From contig MU058289.1 of assembly GCA_013265495.1 (NCBI GenBank), positions 372,001 to 436,000 of the forward strand: a stretch of 64,000 nt of DNA. Reading direction: 5' to 3'. Of this stretch, positions 22,046-33,523 are shown piece by piece. The translations under genes and the position numbers were made by a program. Every line of letters begins with the position of its first letter. Position 1 is the first letter of the stretch. The stretch is from Vicugna vicugna. Lineage: Eukaryota. The notes below the pieces were generated by a model. The model made no database searches, was not told where the DNA came from, and saw nothing but the letters and a program-made list of their open reading frames with translations.

Positions 22046-22994
22046 AGGTCCAGGCCTTGCCTGAATCCCGGGGGCCCCCCTCAGTCCCCGCGTTTTAAAG
22101 CCGACCTGACTCCACCCAGCCAGATGTCCCGGAGCGCGCGCCAAGACTACCCGCCCACCCAATCTAGGATCTGCCTTGACCCTTCCAACCTAGACTCAGC
22201 CCTGAAAACCTAGACCTTTCCACTGAAACTCTCGCTCTCATACCCTCTCCAGCTTTCACACCCTCCTCACCCCTCTAACTTCCAGACCCTACAAGCACAA
22301 TCCCTCAGCCTACAGTGTCTCATCCCCACAGATCTCACTTGGCATATAACCCCACTCCAAACTCCCTTTTTCCTTCTGAGTCCTCTACGAAAAGATCTCC
22401 ACATCCCGTTTCAGTCTTCCCTCCTGCACCAGCACATAGTGTAGACAGCCCTGCCCCCTACCCTAAACCTAGGCCAGTCAGGTATAACCCACCCGCCCTT
22501 GCCCCTAACCTTTCCCTCAAATGTCCCAGACTCTGCACAGACCTCCTATCCTGTACCACCCTGGCCTGGTCCCGAAGACTCTGCATCCTTCCCCTCATTC
22601 CAACCCCACACTTCACTTCCCCCAACCCTATCTTCTGACTTTTAAAACGCCAGCCAGACATCCCCAGACTCCTGAACCCCTTTTCTGACCCTCACCCTTG
22701 TAGACCTATTGTAGACCTAGACCAACCAGAACCCTCAACCTCAAACCGTACAGATACCCACCCCATCTCCCCAGACTACACGGATATCCCAGGCCCCCAT
22801 CCCCAGCTCTAACCAGAACCTCCCCAGTCACTTTCTCTTGACCCTCAAGTCTCCAACCACATATCCCAGGCAATCCACCTTCCACACCACTCCCCCTTTT
22901 CTCAATCAAGCAGCCACTTTCTTTGATTCCCTCCAGTCTTTCTCCCTCCTCAAATTCCTAAGTGCCCCATCCCCTCACCTAGGCCCACTCTCCT

Positions 22995-23000
22995 AATAAA
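22995..23000 (+). terminator. HSPB6 polyadenylation signal AATAAA
   Basis: AATAAA at the end of the ~950-nt C-rich 3' UTR. Confidence 0.8.
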
Positions 23001-23086
23001 TGTACTAGAGCTGTGCCAATGGCTTTATGTCTGGGCCAGGAAGGATGGGCTGGAGCAAGTGGAGGCCAGTGTGGAGGAGGGGAATG

Positions 23087-23092
23087 TTTATT
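23087..23092 (-). terminator. LIN37 polyadenylation signal AATAAA
   Basis: TTTATT on + strand, 21 nt past the LIN37 stop. Confidence 0.75.
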
Positions 23093-23113
23093 TGGCGGGG
23101 GGACAGGGGAACA

Positions 23114-26100
23114 TCACTGTCGCTCGTACATTTCCCGTAGGATCTTCATGCTTTCTGAGTAACGAAGCTGGTTCCGATGAGATGCCTCCTTCCACCTGCA
23201 GTGGGGGTGGGAAGGCAGAGGGAAGACTCAGTAGTTGGAGCAGAGGCCATGGGGAACAAGCAGGATGGCGGATGCTCACCTCTGCCGGATGCGTTTCCAG
23301 CGCTGCATGTTTCGGTAGATGAGTGTGGAGGGTGAGGGCTCAGGCTCAGAGGGCTGCAGAGATAGACAGGCCAGGCTGAGTGGCCATGCCCAAGCCCCGC
23401 AACATATGCCTCATCACCCCGGCACAGCCTTGCAAACCCACCTCATCGTCGGGGGTACCCTGGGTCTCAGGCTGCAGTGGGGATGGAATTCGGGATCTAC
23501 AGGCATCTCCAGGTGGCCCAGGGGCTGTGGGTGGAGGCAGCTTGTACACATCACGACTCTTGTTATTGGTGACTTCTGAACCCTGGGGATACAAGGGCCC
23601 CAACCAGAGAATCAGAGAGGAGGGCCAGGGGTACCCATGACAAAAGGGACCTATGGGACCTACACCAGGGACCTATGGTGAGGAGTCATGTCTGTCTGCT
23701 CCAAGGATCTCTGTTTTCTCCTGTCCCAACCCAGGGACCCCCAGTTACCCCTGCTCAGCATAGAGACCTCCACCTACCCTTCCCAGCCCAAGGGATCCCC
23801 ACCTGCTCCCCTAGGCCAGGTGACTACACCTGTACCCTCCCTATCCCCCAGCTCTTGGGGACCCTGATTTTGGAGGTCACCTCTATCTGCCAAGGGGAAC
23901 CATGTCCCCTCTTCCTTCCAGACCAGATAGCCATGTCTGTCTGCTTTAGGGCGCTCCAACCATTCTCTTGGCCTAAGGGTTCCTAAACGTGTGCCTCACT
24001 GGATCCAGGAGGCGCTTGAGGGACTCAGAGCCCTGTCCCTGTCTATCCCATTAGCTTGAGGGGAGGGTACCTTGTGACTGTCTACCCACTGTCCCCCCAA
24101 TCCCACCTCCTCATCCTCAGGCAGTGGGGGCAGCGGTGAGCTGGGTGAGCATTCCCTTTCGCGCACTGTGGGGCTGTTGCGCATCCAGGCTCGGCAGATC
24201 GGGTACAGTGGTGTGTTCTCACTGAACTGAGCCAAGTCCACGCTCCGGTCAAACAGCTTGATCACGTATGTGTCTAGGGTGGTGAGAGAGGGAGGGATGT
24301 GAACATCTTCACATAGCCCTATATAGTTGCCCACCCTCTAGGGCCACTGCCTACTCACTGGATCGTTGTGGCCCTCCCTCGGCAAGCCCGTCATCCATCT
24401 CTCTCCTCTTCTTCCTCCGCTGGTGGGGAAATCGGGCAGATGGCCTGTGCGGGGAGGGAGAACATCAGGAATGGGGAGGAAATTTGGGATCTCTCATCAG
24501 TTGGCTGGGGCCCCTGCCACCTTACCGTTTGCCAGTGGCCGTGATGGAGCAATCCCTGTGGGGAGAGACCAGGCGTCAGCACGCTCATCCTTGAACAACC
24601 AATGCCTGCTCAAAACCCCCCAAAAGGAACCCTGGAGGTGCTGTGATCAAGCTCACAAGGACCCCTTGACTCCTTAGGTCTTGTGTCCCACCCCCTGGGG
24701 CTCAGGATGCCATCATGAGGGCACCTAAGCTTTTGCTGCCCCAGGGCCTTTGTACAGGTAGAGTGGTTAGGACTATGGTGGAGAAAGCATGGGTCACAGT
24801 GGTCAGGGATCTGATGAGGAAAGAAGTTAGCCACCAAAAACCCTCGGATACAGATCCCATCAACAAAACTTACTTGTTGTGGGTGTCTGAGGGGGTCCTC
24901 CCAGGTTCCTCATCCAGACGTTCCCTGGTAGCAGAAAAGAACTGTGGGCTCAAGGTTCCAAGGGCCCAAGAGTGAGAAGGTACCCAGTAGCCTCACATTG
25001 GGCCCCTTCCTCCCTAAGCCAGTGTCTGGGGTCCCACCCAGGGCCAGAGGGTCCAACCTGACAGGGCTCCCCATCCCCCATAACCCCCTGCTGGGCCAGA
25101 TCCCAACCTGTCCATGTGACTCTTCTCCAGCAAACATTGCAGAACAGCATCCAGTTGGTTCCGGGCCTTGGCCATCTCCAGCTCTAGGGAAGAGGGTACC
25201 GAGCAGGAGTCACTTCCCAGGCTGAAGGCAGGTGGGCAGCCAACAGGGTCAGGGAAGGGCATGCACATCCCATCCTTCGGCCAAGCCCAGGCATGCTGGG
25301 AGGGTCCAGTGGGCAGAGACTACTGAAGTGATGAGCAGGAGCTCTGGGTTCCACGGCTGACCTACCTGCTCACGTGTGACCTAAAGTAAGTAACCTTACC
25401 TCACTCAGCCTGTTTCCTCATCTTGAAAATGGGTCTCTGAATGATACCTACCTACCACAACTGTTCTGAGGTTCAAACAAACTTATGTTGTCTATGACTG
25501 TCTTAGCAGGATGCAATAAGTAACACATGCAGAGTGCTTATGTGTCAAGCACTGTTCCGAGCACGTCACAAATATCAACCCATTGAGTTTTTGCAATAAC
25601 CCTGGGAGGTAGATATGATTTTTATCCCCATTTTACAGATTATGAAACTGAGGCACAGATATGTTAGGCTACTTGCCCAAAGTCACACAGCTAGTAAATT
25701 GCAAGGCTGAGGATCTGCACTCAGGTCATCTGGCTCCACAACTGAAGTTATGAGGTAGGGGCTCAAACTGGGTGCAGAATCCAGCCCCCAGAAGTGCTTT
25801 GTTTGGCTGTGGTAGTGGTGTTATTTTAAATCTGAGTTAAATCTGAATGAGATGACTACATATAATAATTGAGAGATTTCATTGAAAATACCCATTTTGG
25901 GCTTGCCCCCCACCAAGAAATGATCTGGGCCCCTCTTCCTGCACGTCACAGGCCCTGCCTAGCCCTGTTTGCCTGTGTGTTTGCCTCTTTTCATCACAGA
26001 ACTTAAGGAAGTGATGATGCTATAAATATTCTCCTCTCACTTGTGGGAGTGTTCATGCTCCTCTTCCAACTGCTAGGAGTTCTGACCAGTGCTCAGGGCC

Positions 26101-27723
26101 TGGAAGGACACCTGAAGTCATGCTTTGCCAGTCCTGAGACTTCCAGAAGAGACCAGGAGATGTTACTCAGAGGAGAGACAGGGTGGGGATGAGGGGTTGG
26201 GGGCAGCTGAGATTCTAGCAAAGTGCCTTGGGTAAGAGCCAAGGTACGGCTCATGTCCACATCTCTTTCCCTAGTCCTGCCTCTCTCTTGAAACTCAGAT
26301 GCTGGGATTCCAGGGACTCCTGGACACCTCCCCTGGACATCCCCCCAGTCTCCTTCCACCTACTGGGCCCACAGTGGCCTCAGTGTCTCTCTAAATTTAC
26401 CCCTTTTCCTGGAGCCGTATCTCAAGGGTAGCCCCACTGTCCCCTAGTCCCTCCCTGAGCCTCAACATGGTCACCTCTATCCCTCCCCCACTCACCCCAT
26501 GGCCTGCCTGAGTGTCTCTCCCACATACCCACTTCCTAGCCTGGCCACCCAGGTCTTTTCCCTTCCTCCCCCTGGGCTCCTCATCTCAGTCTCCCCTTCT
26601 GATCCACCCTCCACAAGTTGGCCAGGGGAATCGTCCTAAAACCAAACCTAACCCTGACTATCCCCTGCTTAGAACCCTCCATGACTCTGCAGTGCCCACC
26701 CCCTTGCCCCCTTGCCCCTGCCAGAGACAGAGTCTTCAGCCAGGTGTTCACAAGCCTCCATGACCCTGCCTGCCCTTTCCTCACTACCATTTTGTGGTCA
26801 GGCCCCCTTCACTTTTCCACTCACAATTTTGTTGGCATTTGGGGGGCATCCCATAAAACTCCCTCCTCGGTTCAAAACCCTCCCTTTGTTCCCCATTTCC
26901 CTCGGAGCAAAAGCCAGAGTCATAACCTGGGCTCACAAGATCTGACACCCCCCACCCCTGCGCTTTTGCCCCCATCTCCTCACACTTTCAACCTCACTGG
27001 CTCGGCTCCAGCCTCACTGGCCTCCCTACTGGTCCTTGAACATGCCATACAAGGCTTCCACCTCACAGCCTCAAAGCTATTTCCTTTGTCAGGTTCCTTG
27101 TTCCCTTAAGTTCCTCATGGCTCTCTCCCTTACCTTGCCTCACTCCTGATCTCCTTACCTTCTCCAGTTTCATTTTATTACCACTTACACCATTTAACAC
27201 ACTACATCATTTTACTTTTTTTATTTGGTCTGGATGCCGTGCCTCTCCCACCGCCCTTAACATGCCAGTCCTGGGTTCCCATCAGCTTGACTCCAACCCA
27301 TTATTGGGATACAGTGACTGCCAGGATTAAAAGCTTCCCGGTACTTCAGGTGCTCAGCACAGTGTCTGACCCATAACTACTGCTAGAAATGGGGACAAGG
27401 AGGCAGAGCCCAGAAAAGAGTCCTTCTCAGACTCACAAGGCTAGGGATCCCCATGTCTTACCGCATCACACTGCCTGAACCACCATCATTCAATCTCAAA
27501 ACTATCCTGAGCATAGACCGGCAGGGTATACAGGTGGCAGGAATCGCTTGATGCCTGATAGTGATCGTCAGATGGGCTGCAGGGAGCAGTCGCGTAGCCC
27601 GCCTTATCGCGATAATCCTGTCTATCAGGACTCCCATACCCTGATCAGTCCGGTGCTCCCCTACAGGCCCCCGACCTCGGGGTCCTCACCTGATTTCTCC
27701 ACTTTCACCTTCACCGGGAACAT
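23114..27723 (-). CDS. LIN37: Lin-37 DREAM/MuvB core complex component, 246 aa
   Basis: Exons 27690-27723, 25108-25183, 24874-24924, 24526-24555, 24359-24444, 24107-24273, 23442-23582, 23280-23353, 23114-23195 (741 nt). [70 protein letters not shown]...MYERQ*. Confidence 0.98.
25520..25750. repeat. MIR SINE (representative; similar MIR cores near 1065, 12900, 15530, 17590, 33230, 61380)
   Basis: Core CCCCATTTTACAGAT..GAAACTGAGGCACAGA...ACTTGCCCAAAGTCACACAGCTAGTAA. Confidence 0.8.
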
Positions 27724-29039
27724 GGTTTGGGGCTGGGGTCTGGCTAGCTGGGTCAGAGGAGCCCAAAAGAGTCTAGAATCACAAGTCCAGGCCGGAGGCA
27801 GACGGGGAGAGGTCAAAGGTAAGCTTCTTGTGTAGCCAGTCCTCCGCCCTGAGCTGTGTAGGGCGGCGACCGCCGCCGATGCCGCGACCGCTGCGGATGC
27901 CGCCACCTCCTCCAGTTCCCCTTCTGTGGGCGGGCCCCTTCGGCAGCCGCTTGTTTCCATTAGTCAGTGGAACCGTCGATCTCGCATCCTGACCAATTGA
28001 CAGCTGTCGCTGTCGGCTCCCAGTTCTAAGTCCCACCTTTCTGGGGCCCCGTTTCCGGAAACAAACCAACGACATCCCAGAGCGCTTTCTGGGAGGTGTA
28101 GTTCTAGCTCCCGAGACTCAGCCGGAGTAACGGCGCCTGCGCCGCGCGAGGCACGGTGGGAGACGAAGGATTGGAGCGTCGCGAGGCTTCCAGGAACTTA
28201 GTGATAGAAGCTTTGAGTAACACCGATTTAGCTAATGACAGGAGTTATTTAACCTTGGGAGTCCCTGTTGATCCCCAAGAGGAAAACAAGCCTGGAGTTA
28301 GGCTGGGTTGCCTCTTACTGAGCACTCGCTAAGTGCCAGCTACCTGTTAATCTCTTTTCATATGCGACTCATTCACTTGGCAACTATTACTGCTCCAAGT
28401 ACTCTCCTAGGTACCTGAACACCCAGGTGGACAAAACAAACAAAAACCCTTGCGCTAATGAGCTTTATTTTAGAAGATGGAAGATAAACAATAAACAAGT
28501 TGAACATTTTAAATGAAATGTAATAGGAGAAAGAACATAGAGCTGAAAGGAACATAGGGAGTACCAAGGTGGGGATTGAAAATTTAAATAGGATGGTGAG
28601 GGAAGCCTTCTCTAATAAAGCTCTTGAATACATGCCTTATTGCTGCAGACAATCTCCTTTAGAAGATAGGGAACTTCTATTTACCACATGTGCCTTGGCC
28701 CAGATAAATTCCAAGGGGTAGCATTATGATCTACATTTTTGATGGTAATAGTGAGGCCAAGTGGGAAAGTAATGTTTTCAATTCACACACTACCAGTACA
28801 GGATAGCAGCCCCTAGTAATAGAAGTATTATTCCTTTCTTGGTTCCAAATCTGTAAAATAGTGTTCCCAGGAAAGAAAGTTCCTATTTTTGAGGATTTTG
28901 AGTAGTGTACAGTGAAATAGTATGAAGCACTAAGCCTGGCACAAAGTAAGCAATCAGTAAATGTTTCTGAATATTAATAATCATTTTATGCTTCAACCTC
29001 CAAAAGATTGCAGTAAGTCAACACTGAGAATTAGGGTCC

Positions 29040-29045
29040 TTTATT
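29040..29045 (-). terminator. PSENEN polyadenylation signal AATAAA
   Basis: TTTATT on + strand about 110 nt past the stop. Confidence 0.75.
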
Positions 29046-29157
29046 GGGGGATGTCAGCAGAGAACACAGGAGATAGGAACAAGTCAGAGGGGCTTGAGAG
29101 TGGGCTTGGAGTAGAGAGGAGCCCATCCTGGTCCTCAGACCTGCGCAGAAGATGTTA

Positions 29158-30060
29158 TCAGGGGGTACCCAGGGGTATGGTGAAGGAGAGGTAGTCCCCA
29201 AGGGCGCCCCAACGTGGCCGGTAGATCTGGAAGATAGTGATCCAGGTGGTGAGTACAATTACCCAGAAGAGGAAGCCCACAGCTGAGCGCCAGACATCTG
29301 TCAGAGGGAACAGGAAGGGAGAGGGTTGGCCTCTACCTGCTCTCTGGTCTCCCTGAGACCAGCCCCCTCTTCTCTTCCATAGAGTCCCAAAATTCTGGAA
29401 CCTCCATCATCTCCTCCCACCAAGGCTCCCCCAGTCCCCCTCCCCACACATGATGGCTTCCCTTAATCTGTGCCCTAGACTCACAGCCTTTGATTTGGCT
29501 CTGTTCTGTGTATGCCGGGACAAGGAAGGCCTCTCGGAAGAACCAGAAAATGTTGACCAGCCAGAGAAAAGGCAGGAAAGCAAACCCACCTAAAGAGTGA
29601 AAAACAAACTGGGACATAAGGCAATGAAAAGTCCTCCCCAGTGCCACCTAGATGAACAGTTTGGAAGGTCCTCTTCCATACCTAAATTCAAATGGAGATC
29701 TCGCTAATAGGGACTCAGGAATCCTGGCTCCTTCCTGGGATCCAGGAATCGGAGTCCTCAACCACTTCTTTGGAAGAATCAGGAGTCCAGCCCCTAAACT
29801 CCCTTCCTCTCTTGGTACCCAGAAATTGAAGGCCCAGTCTCCTCCATCCTCAGGACTCAGGCCCTTTCCTCTCTTGGGACCCAGTAGTCGGCGTCCCCAG
29901 CCACTTCATCCTCTAGACCCAAGAATCTAGGCCTCTTCCCTCAGGCGCTCTACTCCAGTTCCCTCTCTTCTCCAGGGACCCTGGAATACCGGCCCTTACC
30001 CAGGTAGTACTTCCGGCAGAGGTTCAACTTCTCCTCGTTGGACACCCGCTCCAAGTTCAT
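29158..30060 (-). CDS. PSENEN: Presenilin enhancer, gamma-secretase subunit PEN-2, 101 aa
   Basis: Exons 30000-30060, 29485-29589, 29158-29297 (306 nt). [38 protein letters not shown]...[13 protein letters not shown]. Probable non-coding first exon ends at 30290 (GTGAGT donor) and splices to an acceptor at 30117. Confidence 0.98.
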
Positions 30061-30259
30061 AGTTGCGCTGGGGCCGGGTCTTCCGTGGGTCTGCGGGGCA
30101 AGACCCAAGCCCTGACCCTAAGTGATAGATGAAAGGACCGCAAACAACCGCGCCCTATTACGACAAAAGGGAGAGAAAGTGAAGGATGGGTTTTCTGAAA
30201 GAAGAGCAACCCCGCCCCTACCAGGCAAGCTGACTAAGTTGAGATGCTTTTTATGTTTA

Positions 30260-30585
30260 TTGGGGTGCGCGAAACGACCCCCAACTCACCGGTGGAGTCT
30301 TACTTCCTCCGGTTTGAACCCCTTTGCCAGTTTCAACTACGGACTTTTGCGCGAGATGCCGCAAGTGTCTCTGGAGTTTGTAGTCTTTTTTGGTGAGGAA
30401 CCCTGCACGCATGCGTCTTCAGGCAACTCCAGTGGGTGAGTCCAGGAGGGCGCAGGCCTCCAACACGCAAGCGCACTAGGGAGTTTCTGAGTGTCCGGAG
30501 GCAGCAACGAACTACATTTCCCAATGCTCTTAAGCAACGGAAAGTGACGTAAATAGCAGACAAGAGTTGGAGGGTTCGGGTAAAA
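30260..30585. promoter_or_regulatory. Bidirectional PSENEN/U2AF1L4 promoter
   Basis: Head-to-head genes; ZNF143-type ACTACATTTCCCAATGC 30511-30527 and a reverse copy 30371-30385; NRF1-like ACGCATGCGT 30407-30416; E2F GCGCGAAA 30267-30274; CRE-like TGACGTAA 30545-30552. Confidence 0.85.
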
Positions 30586-32577
30586 ATGGCTGAATATTTA
30601 GCTTCGATATTCGGGACAGAGAAGGACAAGTGAGAACGGGCGCAGGGAGTGGCCCCTCGGGGGTGCTGGGGACAGGGCACTTGGTTTCCTGGTGGCTGGG
30701 CGGCGTGGGGCGGTGTTTCTGGGGTGTCCGGCTCCCCGGCCCTCGGTTCACCTCTGTCTTTGCACCTCTTCCAGGGTTAACTGCTCTTTTTACTTTAAGA
30801 TCGGGGCCTGCCGGCACGGGGACCGGTGCTCCCGGCTTCACAACAAACCGACTTTCAGCCAGGTGAGACCCGGCAGGGAGCCTTGGGGGTTAACGCCTCC
30901 CAGGCATTCCCCTTCTGTTGTCCATCATCACGAGGTCCCGCCTTTTCCGGATTTCTAAGGCCCTCCCCACTGCCCGGCTTTTTTCTTGTTGGACTTCTGC
31001 AGGTTCCTCCCCAACCTTCAGGCCCTTCTCCCAAGAACTTGGCCACGCCCCTGTACGTACAGACTGCACCCTTGGGCTGTCCCTCACTGCCAGATATCCC
31101 CTCTTCTGGTTTTCTGAGGCACTCAAGATATTTATGCTTCTTCTCTGGTGCAAATTCCACCCCCAACCGTCATAGCCGACCTCTTTGCATGTAGCCGCGC
31201 CCTCTGAGCTCAGGCCCCGCCCCCTTTAAATTCTGTTCAGACCATAGTGCTGCTCAACCTGTACCGGAACCCACAGAACACCGCCCAAACCGCAGACGGA
31301 TCGCACTGTGAGTGAGGGACAGGTCTTGGGGGCAGGGCGGACAGCCCTCCCGCAGGCCACTCCCTAATTCCAACCTGCCCCCTCCTCCAGGTCACGTGAG
31401 CGACGTGGAGGTGCAAGAACACTATGATAACTTCTTTGAGGTGAGGGTTTGCAGGGGTGGCTTGAGTTTCCTGTGGGCCAGGAGCTCAGCTGAGTTCCTC
31501 CTGGTCTTCCGCAGGAAGTGTTCACGGAACTGCAGGAGAAGTACGGGGAGATTGAAGAGATGAATGTGTGCGACAACCTGGGGGATCACCTCGTGGGCAA
31601 TGTTTATGTCAAGGTGCCTTCTGTTCCCCCATTAGAGTCCAGAGGTGGAGGCATTTCAATACCTAACAGCCACCACTGAAGCCTCACAGCTTGAGACCCA
31701 TCACTAAATCCAGTCCAGCTCCTGAGCTGCTAGCTAATCCCCTGAAGATTTCTGAGTTTGATTGCTGACCCTGACCGACTTTCCCTTCAGTTTCGGCGGG
31801 AGGAGGATGCAGAGCGAGCAGTGGCTGAACTCAATAACCGCTGGTTCAACGGGCAGGCAGTGCATGCTGAGCTGTCTCCTGTCACTGACTTCCGGGAGTC
31901 ATGCTGTCGACAGTATGAGATGGGGTATGGTAGTACGGGGTGAGATGGGCACCTGGAGTCCCGGACTTCTGTGTGTGTGTGTTAGGGTGGCTGTCAGTGA
32001 TAGTGCCCTCCTCCATCTATTCATCCTCTACCCAGGGAATGTACTCGCGGTGGTTTCTGCAACTTCATGCACTTGCGGCCCATCTCCCGCAACCTCAGGC
32101 GGCAGCTCTACGGGCGAGGACCCAGGCGCAGGTACCACAGGACCAGCCTTCTAAGACTTCCTCATACCCCAAGTTCCCTATACCCCCTGAGAAGAATCTG
32201 ATCCTATGCCCTAATAACAGTGTCACAAGCCTCTTATACCCTAAGACTAGCCCTGATCCCCATCCCAAGACCAGTACCTAAGTCCCAAACCCAAAACCAG
32301 ACTGAACCTCAACCCAAGACCATCCTGGATCTCCAATCCTGACATCAGCCCTTATGCACCTATCCTGAGACCATCCCCAGAAACTCTAGTTACTTCATCA
32401 ACTGCCCTGCTTTATTCCAGAGCAAAGAGGCAGACCTGGGGGGTCTGCACACCCCTCCCCACAGCTCTAACCCTCCTCTCTCCTGTCCCCAGGTCACCCC
32501 CAAGGTCCCATACCGGCCACCGTCCCAGAGAAAGAAACCGACGACGGTCCCCAGACCATCGGCATGGCCGTTTCTAA
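30586..32577 (+). CDS. U2AF1L4: U2 snRNA auxiliary factor 1-like 4 (U2AF26), 220 aa
   Basis: Exons 30586-30629, 30775-30862, 31241-31307, 31391-31440, 31515-31613, 31791-31924, 32036-32131, 32493-32577 (663 nt). [37 protein letters not shown] (CCCH), UHM domain, second [24 protein letters not shown]. Confidence 0.98.
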
Positions 32578-32738
32578 GACCCTGACCCCCTTGCCCTACA
32601 CCTCTGGCAGGCACAGATGTTCCTGGCCAAGACCCCTCCTCAAAGCTCCCTAACTCCCCAGTGCCATCTTCTCCAGGCTACAGGTCTCCATGATGTAATA
32701 GATTCAACACAGGGACCTTCTCCCGCTGCCCCTCCACT

Positions 32739-32744
32739 AATAAA
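32739..32744 (+). terminator. U2AF1L4 polyadenylation signal AATAAA
   Basis: AATAAA about 160 nt past the stop with a downstream U-rich tract. Confidence 0.75.
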
Positions 32745-33523
32745 ATTCTGTATTGAGGATTTAGATCTTTTTTGTTAGCTTGAGCCTAGCTGTGAGCTGG
32801 TTTCCTTCCACCCCCACACCTCATGATGAGAAGGGGAAGCGGGGCTGAGCTCTGGCCACAACCTCAGCCAAGGAACTTGTAACTATAGGTGGCAAAGCAG
32901 TGAGTTCAGGTCCTAGAAATCCCCAAGTAAGGGTGGTTAGGTGGGGCTGCTTTTGTGCTGGAAACTTAAGCACATCCATCTGAGGCTCCTCAAGGGGGTG
33001 ACTCTTGGTTGTGGCAGATTGGAGGGTTCCCAGTCTGGAGGAGATTGGGATTAGGAGCTAAGGTAAGATTGCTGGGAGTTGAGAGGGAGTGTCCGGTGGG
33101 TGAGGGCCAGGTCCTCCATATCTGCTGCCCTGAAATGGGAATAGGTAGTTCCTAATACTTATGCTTACTCTATGTTGTTGTAAATGCTTTACTTCTCCAT
33201 AATAACTCTATGAGACCGGTATTATGATTATCCCATTTTACAGATGAGAAGAGATGGCAGAGGTGGGATATGAATCCATGCAGTCTGGTTCCAGAATCCT
33301 CACTCTAGCCATCTTGAGGCCTTGTGGCCTCTCTAATAAGGGGCCAGGAGCTGGACTGAGGGTTGGAGGTGGGTAGATTCCTGGCTTCCGAAGGGGCCAG
33401 AGGATCCTATGCCCCTACCTCCACTGCTTCCTTCTTCTGCCCTGGTTTCCTGGCAAGTGCGGCAGAGGCGCTGTGGCAGGAAGTCCTGTGGTCATGGCCC
33501 CCCAGAATACAGGTTCTGCTCAG

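Noticed and set aside
21371..22162. 263-aa ORF antisense to HSPB6
   Set aside because: Shadow of GC-rich coding exons; non-ATG start; no domain.
27554..27629. Box C/D snoRNA or pre-miRNA in LIN37 intron 1
   Set aside because: A terminal stem exists, but there are no correctly placed RUGAUGA/CUGA boxes and no long continuous hairpin.
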